Shown: positions 9,060 to 17,154 of the stretch, in pieces
How positions within the stretch are numbered: position 1 is the first letter of the stretch
Layout of the letters: each line of letters begins with the position of its first letter
From: Marine group II euryarchaeote REDSEA-S11_B3N4
GTDB lineage: Archaea; Thermoplasmatota; Poseidoniia; Poseidoniales; Thalassarchaeaceae
DNA: 64,000 bases
Reading direction: 5' to 3'
Assembly (NCBI GenBank): GCA_001628485.1
Contig: LURR01000012.1
Coordinates: 146,563 to 210,562, forward strand
The notes under the pieces: generated by a model
What the model was told of the DNA's origin: nothing
Database searches by the model: none
The model's input: the letters and a program-made list of their open reading frames with translations, nothing else
Made by a program: the position numbers and the translations under genes

Positions 9060-10153
9060 TGGGGATGGGCCTTGGTGAGCATCTGAAAGTCACGCTATTT
9101 GGGGAAAGTCACGGCAAGTGTGTAGGTGCGCTATTCGAGGGAATTCCTCCAGGAACAGAAATTGACTTGGATGCTCTTGTGAACGACTTATCTCTCAGAA
9201 AACCTGGAAGAAGAGGAATGTCAGCCAGATTGGAGACCGACGAATGCGAGATTCTGTCAGGAGTGCATGAGGGAAAGGCAACAGGTTGGCCGTTGCTAAT
9301 GATCGCTAGAAACTCAGATGCGCGGTCTTCTGACTATAGTTTCCTCCCCGATCACCCACGCCCTGGCCATGCTGACATGGTTGAGGAAATAAGATCCAGT
9401 GGATCCAACGATCCCCGAGGAGGAGGGTCGCAGTCTGCCAGGCTCACTCTTGGATTAGTGGCAGCTGGAAGCCAGGTCAGGAAGATGCTGGACGAAGCAG
9501 GTTGGTCCTGTCACGCCCATCTAAGCAGGGTAGGGGACATCACCGCCAGGCCATTGATCCATCTCGATATTTCCAAGGCACTCGAAGAGGGAACGGAGAT
9601 GTCCAGGCTAAACTGCAGAGATCCCGACGCAGCAGTAAGAATGGGAGAATCGATAAGAAAAATCCGAAGGGAGAAAGACTCAATTGGTTCGGTGGTAGAG
9701 TTGTTGATTCTCGGACTTCCCATTGGTGTAGGGGAACCATGGTTCGACGGACTGGAGCCGTCTCTTGCAAGGGCACTCATGGCAATTCCTGGAGCTAGGG
9801 CAATAGAGTTCTCTAATGGCACCGAGGCATCAAGGATGAGAGGTTCAGAGAATAATGACATGTGGGGACCAGGTGATAAAGTGCCCGAATTGGAAGGGGC
9901 CAAGACTGGAGATGCGGATGGAGCCCTAGGAGGCAGATCGACAGGGGCACCGTTAAGGGTGTTGGTGCATTTCAAACCACCAAGCAGCCTACCGAGGGAG
10001 CAATTCACTTTGCATCTTCCGAGTAACAAGAAACAGTCACTAAAGGTAGGCGGAAGGCACGATCCAGTGATTGGCCCGAGAGCAGCACCTGTTGTCGAGG
10101 CGGTGGCAATGTTGGTCGTCGCAGATCTGGGAATTGCCGGCGGATTCCTTTAG
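9056..10153 (+). CDS. aroC: Chorismate synthase
   Basis: LFGESHGKCVGALFEGIPPG signature, RKPGRRGMS, HPRPGHAD motifs. Confidence 0.9.
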   Translation: MMGMGLGEHLKVTLFGESHGKCVGALFEGIPPGTEIDLDALVNDLSLRKPGRRGMSARLETDECEILSGVHEGKATGWPLLMIARNSDARSSDYSFLPDHPRPGHADMVEEIRSSGSNDPRGGGSQSARLTLGLVAAGSQVRKMLDEAGWSCHAHLSRVGDITARPLIHLDISKALEEGTEMSRLNCRDPDAAVRMGESIRKIRREKDSIGSVVELLILGLPIGVGEPWFDGLEPSLARALMAIPGARAIEFSNGTEASRMRGSENNDMWGPGDKVPELEGAKTGDADGALGGRSTGAPLRVLVHFKPPSSLPREQFTLHLPSNKKQSLKVGGRHDPVIGPRAAPVVEAVAMLVVADLGIAGGFL

Positions 10154-11076
10154 CCGGATTGACTTTCTAAATACTGCTGAATCCTGAGAGGGAGGTTAAT
10201 TGCGAACATTCCTGCTATCACGATGAATACCAGGATAGTCCCCAATGCGACGCCGTAAACGCTAGTCAACTCCACGCTCTCCTCGAGACGATTTGCAGCA
10301 ACTGAGTCGAAAATTCCTACGAATAGGGGAACGAAGAAATTGATGAACAGAGTCAGTGTTGCTACCAATGCTGCAACCACAGGGGTGTATCCAAGTGCCC
10401 TGTTGTATCTGTCCGTGATGCTCTTGACGTTCATCACGTAGACCTCTCCGGTTCTTATTGAGGTATCGAGCATGGAGAAACGGATTACCGCGCTTGAGAC
10501 TTCGATGTATACGACTAGGAAGACTGCGTACAATATTAGTAGCAATTTCTGCATTATTTCGTTCTCTGGCAAAAAGCTCAGTCCAAACTCAACCTTGCTT
10601 CCAGCGAACCTGATAGTGACCAGAATTAGCATTACGTAAGACAGCAAAATCGCCCTTTGGTCCCTCTGCCAAACCCCCCAGAAACCAGATATCAGTCCAA
10701 TAATAATCATCAGTAGATGGAGCCATAGGCCAAGGAAGCCAAATCCGATCATGTTTGATATCGCGAACCATGCAGTTCCGGATACTGGCGTGAGCATGAA
10801 AGTAAGGAACCCGAGGACTAAGAGCGAGCCTATTGCCCCCATCTGAAGGTTCAGAACCATTTTGTTTGGCGATACGAACTCTCTATTGACCAGAATTGGG
10901 CCTCCGAAGATCGCATCTATCCAACTTGGTATGGCGACATCTGGAACCGCATCATCAGGTATGCCGCTGTCCGCCTTCAGTGTTCCAGCTGCCCTTTTCC
11001 TGCTAGGGGCAGATGAGCGAACTACCTTGCCCTCATACAGATGGGATGTGTCGACCGGACCCTTGCCTTCTTCCAT
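10150..11076 (-). CDS. Polytopic membrane protein (last gene of MoxR/DUF58 operon)
   Basis: 308 aa with ≥6 hydrophobic helices. Co-directional with and immediately downstream of the DUF58 gene. Confidence 0.5.
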   Translation of the reverse strand: MEEGKGPVDTSHLYEGKVVRSSAPSRKRAAGTLKADSGIPDDAVPDVAIPSWIDAIFGGPILVNREFVSPNKMVLNLQMGAIGSLLVLGFLTFMLTPVSGTAWFAISNMIGFGFLGLWLHLLMIIIGLISGFWGVWQRDQRAILLSYVMLILVTIRFAGSKVEFGLSFLPENEIMQKLLLILYAVFLVVYIEVSSAVIRFSMLDTSIRTGEVYVMNVKSITDRYNRALGYTPVVAALVATLTLFINFFVPLFVGIFDSVAANRLEESVELTSVYGVALGTILVFIVIAGMFAINLPLRIQQYLESQSG

Positions 11077-11085
11077 AATTACGCC

Positions 11086-12405
11086 TCAGAATCCCCTTGC
11101 CCCGGCTAGGGCCGTGAATAGTAGCATATCCGGCTCCCAGTCCATCACATACGCACCAAGTCCTCTTAGCTCGGTCATCAGAATGTCTCTCTCTGTTTTC
11201 AGCACCTCGTAGCCTGTTCTGTCTATTCTTCTCGCATCGAATTCGAACTCCAAGCTGCTCGGTGAAAGTACTGTGACCTCGAAGTTCCTAGCCCTAAGGT
11301 CCCTAACTGCATCGACTATTGTCGGATCGTCCTCCAACGGTGACAGGATGATGATGGGGCTGCCTCTGTGAATGTGAGGCATGATTCGGGTAGTCACAAT
11401 CTTCAGCGGAGTGTTCCCTTTCGCCATAGCGCCCGCAAGTTTTGTCAGTATCACGTACAACTGCTTCTTACCTGTATCCCTGTCCACCGAGACAATTTCG
11501 TCCCCATAGACCACGAGCCCTACGGAGTCACGCCTTGATAGGAAGTGCTGGGTGAGGCTCGCTGCTGCTCTAGTGCTGTAAACCAGAGAGTTTCTACTCA
11601 CTGGTCCAGTTTCACTCACCGCCCTACTGTCAACTAGAATAATTACATCGCTTACAGCGTCCCTCTCAAATTCGTTAACCATCATCTTGCCATCCTGTCT
11701 GGCAGTCGCTTTCCAGTTTACTTTCCTTATCGGGTCGCCTGGCAAGTACTCTCTAAGGTTGTAGAAGTTCGAACCCTCGCCGGGGTTTCTGATATTCACT
11801 GCTCCAGTGAAAATCTTTGGAACCCTACTCTTGATCATCGCATCTTTGATATCCTCCATCTTCGGGAAGACAAGGAAATCGTCGTAGAGTTGCACCTCTT
11901 TCTCATTGTGGAACAGCCCTAACTCATCTTGAACCCTAATGCAAACCGGGCCTATGGTGTAGAAACCTCTCAAGGGGGTCTCTATTGTGTAGGAGATCTC
12001 AGTCTCTCGTTTCGGTCCTATTTCCATCAGCACGTAATTCGCACCTTTCTTGATTCTCATGACCTCAGGAACCCTATCCCTGACCTCCAAGACCTTTGCA
12101 ATTGCAGATCTATTCTGAATCCTGAGGGTGACGTCTATCTCGCCATCCTCGAAAACTCTGGATGTAGAGGTCTTCCTCATGGCCACAATACTCTGAAGTT
12201 GTATTCCCTCGTCCAGAACAGCTTCCTCGAGCCTCCTGCCCGAGGAGGCTACATCTCCGTGCGCCGTCCTAAGAGCCGCCCAAGTTAGGAATGAAAGAAG
12301 AACTACCGCTACCGTTACTAGCTGTTGGTTCCGAAGCACTAGTCCTAGCAGGTACATCGCAACCGAAAGAGATGCGAACATCGCAGACTTTCGGCTCCAG
12401 GCCAC
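11086..12405 (-). CDS. DUF58-family protein (vWA-like, MoxR partner)
   Basis: Two N-terminal TM helices. Central region VNWKATARQDGKMMVNEFERD and VILVDSRAVS typical of DUF58 proteins encoded next to MoxR ATPases. Confidence 0.7.
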   Translation of the reverse strand: MAWSRKSAMFASLSVAMYLLGLVLRNQQLVTVAVVLLSFLTWAALRTAHGDVASSGRRLEEAVLDEGIQLQSIVAMRKTSTSRVFEDGEIDVTLRIQNRSAIAKVLEVRDRVPEVMRIKKGANYVLMEIGPKRETEISYTIETPLRGFYTIGPVCIRVQDELGLFHNEKEVQLYDDFLVFPKMEDIKDAMIKSRVPKIFTGAVNIRNPGEGSNFYNLREYLPGDPIRKVNWKATARQDGKMMVNEFERDAVSDVIILVDSRAVSETGPVSRNSLVYSTRAAASLTQHFLSRRDSVGLVVYGDEIVSVDRDTGKKQLYVILTKLAGAMAKGNTPLKIVTTRIMPHIHRGSPIIILSPLEDDPTIVDAVRDLRARNFEVTVLSPSSLEFEFDARRIDRTGYEVLKTERDILMTELRGLGAYVMDWEPDMLLFTALAGARGF

Positions 12406-12421
12406 CTTTACACCTCAAAAT

Positions 12422-13495
12422 TCAGACCGTGGGGACATTCGCGGCATTCTTACCATGCAGAATATCTCGAATGACCTCGCCGGTCTCGAGTCCCTTAATC
12501 TGGTGCTCTGGCTTCAGAATAATCCTGTGAGCCACTGCCAGTTCTGCAATCGCCTTCACGTCGTCTGGTGTCACGAAGTCCCTTCCTCGCATGGCCGCAA
12601 CAGCCCTGCTGGTCTTCAGGAGGGCTTGAGAACCTCTCGGGGAAGAACCCACGAGAACTCTCGGATCTTCCCTCGTCCTAGCAACGATATCCACCATGTA
12701 CTCTCTGACAGACCTGTCAACGTAGACTTCCTCGCATGACTTCTGCATCTTGACCACAATACTTGGGTCGGTGATACTGTTCACCTCGACCTCGTCAGTC
12801 TTTCTGTCAATCCTCCTCTGAAGGATCTCGTTCTCATCTGCTCTGTCCGGGTATCCGACCATCATCTTCATCATGAAACGGTCAAGTTGTGCCTCTGGAA
12901 GCGGGTAAGTTCCCTCCTGCTCCACTGGGTTCTGGGTTGCCATGGTTAGGAAAGGAGAGGGTAGCTTGTGTGTAACCACGCCGATCGTGACCTGCTTCTC
13001 CTGCATCGCCTCTAGAAGAGCAGCCTGTGTCTTCGGGGGCGCTCTGTTAATCTCGTCAGACAGGAGGAGATTACAGAAAATGGGACCGGGCTTGAAGGTG
13101 AACTCTCCCTTCTTAGCGTCGTAAATATTAGTCCCAGTTATGTCCGCTGGAAGAAGATCTGGAGTGAATTGAACTCTCTTGAAGTCACACCCAAGGGCAT
13201 CTGCGAACGTATTTGTCATCAGCGTCTTTGCCAATCCGGGAAAATCCTCGAACAATAGGTTTCCATTCGAAAGAATGTCCACCATTACGTTATCAATAAC
13301 GTGTGACTTTCCTATGATTACCTTCTGTACCTCAGTACTGATTGCCTGTCCCATGGCACCTGTTGCAGCCAAAACCTCGTCTACCTTGCTCGATCCACGG
13401 GCTTCCTGCGCTTTCTTCGCTAAAGCCGCGTCATGTGTGCCAGTATTCGGCGTTTGCATCCCTTTTGGTGGTCCTGTTTCACTCATTTTTTTCAC
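12422..13495 (-). CDS. MoxR-family AAA+ ATPase
   Basis: MoxR signature GKSHVIDNVMVDILSNGNLLFEDFPGLAKT (Walker A variant), DEINRAPPKTQAALLEAMQE (Walker B/sensor), FMVMATQNP. Confidence 0.9.
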   Translation of the reverse strand: MKKMSETGPPKGMQTPNTGTHDAALAKKAQEARGSSKVDEVLAATGAMGQAISTEVQKVIIGKSHVIDNVMVDILSNGNLLFEDFPGLAKTLMTNTFADALGCDFKRVQFTPDLLPADITGTNIYDAKKGEFTFKPGPIFCNLLLSDEINRAPPKTQAALLEAMQEKQVTIGVVTHKLPSPFLTMATQNPVEQEGTYPLPEAQLDRFMMKMMVGYPDRADENEILQRRIDRKTDEVEVNSITDPSIVVKMQKSCEEVYVDRSVREYMVDIVARTREDPRVLVGSSPRGSQALLKTSRAVAAMRGRDFVTPDDVKAIAELAVAHRIILKPEHQIKGLETGEVIRDILHGKNAANVPTV

Positions 13496-13504
13496 TCCAT
13501 TTTA

Positions 13505-15115
13505 TTAGTTATTTTTTCCCCAGCGGCGAATAGCTTGCATCAACTTGCGCAACTCTTGTGGCGTGTACGTCCGGCTTTGGCTATAAGCCAATTCCACGAG
13601 ACGAGGATCCCCGATCATCGCCTGAACTTCAGGCGGGGGAGTCATCGCCATCTCATCTCTGGTGAGGTCATGATGTATCCTAACCTTCGTCAGCAGCGAT
13701 TTCCTAACCCTATCCCTATATGTGGCAGGGTCGAGTTTCTCCGGACGCTGGTTGAATTTGGTCAGATCAAAGACGTGCCTCCAGTTCTCCTTTTCAGGTA
13801 CTACCATCATAGCAACGAGGAGGAGAAGGGTGACATTCAGAACCACTAGCCACTTCAGGAATTGATTTGAAGTAAGCAGGACGACAGTCCCCATGGTCTG
13901 AACGAATGGTTCGGAGACGACTCCAGTTACGTGCCTGCTCTCGTCGAAAACGACTTGGAAGTTCGAAGGATCGCTTCGTATAGGAGCATTCAGATTTACA
14001 TTATCGAACTCCATCATATCATACACAAGTAGTCTGAAGTATCTCTCATTCCCGTCCCATTCGTTGTTGTTGAGGATCTCTTGGGTCCAACAATTATTTC
14101 GCGTGTAATCGCCAATCGCGGAGCAGTCTTGGCTGAGCCCTTGATCCTTTGCGACTGCTAGCTCCCAAAGCATGTTCGAGAAAGCCTCGTCGTCTGCTAC
14201 GAACACAATACTTCCGGTGACTTCCAACTCGCCTACACCAGCTGAAAAAGCCCCTCTTCCTTCGTCCGCCACTTTGTCCAGGACCTTTATCCCAGGGTAA
14301 TCGAACCTCATCATTAGCCTCAGATCACCAGTGGCCGGGTTAGCCGGATTGGTAGGGTCACCATCTCCGGCCCTGTCAATGAATGCAGAGGGAGAGGCGG
14401 CACCCAGTGTCATTATGTCCCTATGATCTGGATTTTCGATATCTTTGTCCGTTGGTTCGAACATCATTCCTGTAGGGCCCCTGTACATTACTGGAAGTCT
14501 GCAGTCGTTCAGACCGTCCGGATTCTGAATTTGGAATGCAGTACAACCTTGCATCAGTGCTCCAGGGGACATATCTCCAATGTCCTGATTTACCGGTGAT
14601 GCGCTCCAAACATTGCCCCAGTCGACTTCTTGTTGACCCTGTTGCGTGTATACCCAATGCTGCTTATCGTCCAGCAGGGGTGCGTCCATGTATCTGACTC
14701 CGAATAGTATTGCCAGATTATGTGCCTGAGTATTGTCAGCAGCTACGATTACCTTGCCGCCTTTCTCAGTGACGAATCTGAAAATTTCGTCTGCCTCGGT
14801 CTGATCGATCGGTTTTTCAGGAGCAATGATGGTCAGCAGTGTTCGATGAGGGTCCTTCCAATCATTAACGAGCATTGGTGTGGACATAGTATTCGCAACG
14901 TAGTAACCAGAGTCCCTATTCTCAACATACTCTCCCTCGAAACTATCTCTCATATCGGACAACTGGCCCAAGCCATCCGTATCGTAAGCAGAGTAATTTG
15001 ACGATTTTCCGACAACGAAGAACATAGGCATCACTAGGAGTAATATTGACGTAATTACTAGGGAATACAAAACGTTCCTGTTGAATCTCGCTTCACTATC
15101 CATGTCAATTGCCAT
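13505..15115 (-). CDS. Membrane-anchored protein with large extracytoplasmic domain (possibly DUF4350-like, MoxR-operon associated)
   Basis: N-terminal TM (LYSLVITSILLLVMPMFFVV), a ~430-aa soluble domain, a second TM near the C-terminus and a basic tail. First gene of the minus-strand MoxR module. Confidence 0.4.
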   Translation of the reverse strand: MAIDMDSEARFNRNVLYSLVITSILLLVMPMFFVVGKSSNYSAYDTDGLGQLSDMRDSFEGEYVENRDSGYYVANTMSTPMLVNDWKDPHRTLLTIIAPEKPIDQTEADEIFRFVTEKGGKVIVAADNTQAHNLAILFGVRYMDAPLLDDKQHWVYTQQGQQEVDWGNVWSASPVNQDIGDMSPGALMQGCTAFQIQNPDGLNDCRLPVMYRGPTGMMFEPTDKDIENPDHRDIMTLGAASPSAFIDRAGDGDPTNPANPATGDLRLMMRFDYPGIKVLDKVADEGRGAFSAGVGELEVTGSIVFVADDEAFSNMLWELAVAKDQGLSQDCSAIGDYTRNNCWTQEILNNNEWDGNERYFRLLVYDMMEFDNVNLNAPIRSDPSNFQVVFDESRHVTGVVSEPFVQTMGTVVLLTSNQFLKWLVVLNVTLLLLVAMMVVPEKENWRHVFDLTKFNQRPEKLDPATYRDRVRKSLLTKVRIHHDLTRDEMAMTPPPEVQAMIGDPRLVELAYSQSRTYTPQELRKLMQAIRRWGKNN

Positions 15116-15236
15116 GGTTTCTAACCCCCTTTTAGTTGGGCCGTAGGCCCAAGCAACATCCGTCCGACAATTAATTCACGGTTATATGTTGCTGAGCATA
15201 GTTCGCTAATCCTGTTGGAAGTGAAGATTGCACGTT

Positions 15237-16178
15237 TTAATCTTCAATCCTTTTGCTGTAGGCCAATGCTGCAAGCAATCCAATAGATAGCACACCTAAA
15301 CCCGGTGCAGAGAGGTTAGACTCTATCGAGTCATCCGTTTCGCTGACAACGTTATCCTGCCCTCCAGAGCCCTGATCTCCAGTTGGAGGCGGTTCCACCG
15401 TAACCCTGACTTCGTCTTCTGATGCGCCTGACGCTCCATTTCTCTTCGAAGTCACAGATACCGTGATGTCACAGTGTCTCTTCGGGTGGCTTTCTGATGC
15501 AGTAACCTTGAGGTCCGCGTCCTTGGCCCTTCCAGATTCTATATTGCCGCTTAGAAGGGCATCTAGTCCACTATCGGTCGTCAAGAGTGGGCAATCATCC
15601 CTGACGTCCACTTCGGCCACTCCATCCTGTGCGTTTCCATTGTTTCTCACTGTCACGGTTAGTATGGTGTCAGTGCCTGCGTTCATCGGCCCGAATGGCT
15701 CAGAAATATCCACGACTAAATCAAATATCGAGGGTATCTCTAAGTCTCCCTCTCTGTTCTGAGAAGAAGATAAAGGATCAGGAATACCTTGTCTAGAGGT
15801 TATCGTCGCAGTGATTGAGAATTTCTCTTTCTTTTCCGCGTCTTGGGATAGTACATCTATTCCGCTAATCTTCAGTTCAAACGTCTCGTTTGAACCAGAA
15901 GAAACGGACTCTTCCTCAGGACCGTCATGACTTCCTCCAAATGGGATATTGTACTCAAACTGCACCGTTATCTCCGTCAGTCCTGAATTTTCAACGAAGA
16001 ACTCAACTTTGGCCGAACCATCATCAGACAAGACGAAGGAATTGGTTGAATCCTCACCTGGATATTTTATTCCTAACTCCCAGGACTCTAAGTCCTGTCC
16101 CGATGCAGGGGGAACCGCCACAAGAGATGCAGCTAGAATGGTCCCAATAATCAAAGAGCGAACTCTCGAACCCATCAA
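15237..16178 (-). CDS. Secreted Thr/Ser/Asp-rich protein with C-terminal PGF-CTERM-like membrane anchor
   Basis: Signal peptide MMGSRVRSLIIGTILAASLVAVPPASG. C-terminus ...LSAPGLGVLSIGLLAALAYSKRIED (PG[FL] + hydrophobic + basic), resembling archaeosortase PGF-CTERM sorting signals. Confidence 0.5.
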   Translation of the reverse strand: MMGSRVRSLIIGTILAASLVAVPPASGQDLESWELGIKYPGEDSTNSFVLSDDGSAKVEFFVENSGLTEITVQFEYNIPFGGSHDGPEEESVSSGSNETFELKISGIDVLSQDAEKKEKFSITATITSRQGIPDPLSSSQNREGDLEIPSIFDLVVDISEPFGPMNAGTDTILTVTVRNNGNAQDGVAEVDVRDDCPLLTTDSGLDALLSGNIESGRAKDADLKVTASESHPKRHCDITVSVTSKRNGASGASEDEVRVTVEPPPTGDQGSGGQDNVVSETDDSIESNLSAPGLGVLSIGLLAALAYSKRIED

Positions 16179-17152
16179 CTCACCAGTAACTTCCTACACG
16201 CCCTTTTCGTTAAGACCTTCACCATTTTCCTTCTATAAGACGGGGAGAACCAAGTGTTCTGGACAGGCTTTACTGCCTTTCTAATCGACTCTGATAGAAT
16301 TTCGACGGTCTCAACTCCACTCCAATTCTCGAGTGCGCCCTTCGCTTCTTCTGAATGCAAGCTAGGAATAGACTCTAGGCCAGTGGTTGCTACTCTAAGA
16401 TTTGATGGGCCATCTCCCTCATCTCCTTTCCAGAGAACAGCTACGCCCGCTTCAGGGAAGTCCCAGGATTCACGCTGCCTCAACTTCTGATAGTCTCCGC
16501 TCCAATCCGATGCATCTTCAGGTAGAGTGATGTGGGTGACCATTTCTCCAGGTTCGAGTACATTTCTGGTCATTCCGTCTAGCTTGAAGAAATCACATAG
16601 TGACATGGAGCGCTTTCCTTTGGGTGATGCTAGGTGGATTGTGGCACCTAGGCACATCAGTACAGGAGCCAAATCTGCTTGATAGGTTGCAACGCACAGC
16701 GTGTTTTGGTTCGGAATTACTCTACAATCGGCCCCAGTGCCACAATCACATTTGTGACACCAGTCAATTGACTCCCTCCATGTTTCCGACTGATTGATCC
16801 AGTAGCACCTAGTATCCAGGCATATATTTCCTCCAACTGTCCCGGACCTTCTGATCATCACACTCGCAATTGAGTCTGCTGCCTTGGCTAACACAGGGTG
16901 GGTCGACTCGTGCTCGGCTAACTCGTTGATACTGACCATAGCGCCAATACTTTCCTCGCTTATCTCTCGCAGCTCGGCTATGGAAGAAAGCGAGATAACG
17001 TGCCTCTTCACATTGATGTGCCACTTGTAATTTGGAAGCAGATCGGTTCCTCCAGCGACCCAGTCGAACTCCTCTCCAGATTCTGAAAGCTCTCTAGACA
17101 TTGTTAGCGCCTCATCCAAACTCTTCGGCGAAAGAACACGGAAGGGGGGCAT
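16175..17152 (-). CDS. Molybdenum hydroxylase FAD-binding medium subunit (CoxM/XdhB family)
   Basis: VAGGTDLLPNYKWHINVKRHVISLSSIAELREI (FAD-binding PCMH-type). Start trimmed to MPPFRV to remove overlap with the large-subunit gene; the long ORF runs to 17197. Confidence 0.8.
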   Translation of the reverse strand: MPPFRVLSPKSLDEALTMSRELSESGEEFDWVAGGTDLLPNYKWHINVKRHVISLSSIAELREISEESIGAMVSINELAEHESTHPVLAKAADSIASVMIRRSGTVGGNICLDTRCYWINQSETWRESIDWCHKCDCGTGADCRVIPNQNTLCVATYQADLAPVLMCLGATIHLASPKGKRSMSLCDFFKLDGMTRNVLEPGEMVTHITLPEDASDWSGDYQKLRQRESWDFPEAGVAVLWKGDEGDGPSNLRVATTGLESIPSLHSEEAKGALENWSGVETVEILSESIRKAVKPVQNTWFSPSYRRKMVKVLTKRACRKLLVS

Positions 17153-17154
17153 CC

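Noticed and set aside
9502-10029. Overlapping ORFs (98, 172, 78 aa) inside aroC
   Set aside because: They are alternative-frame or antisense ORFs within the well-supported chorismate synthase gene. The translations are low-complexity.
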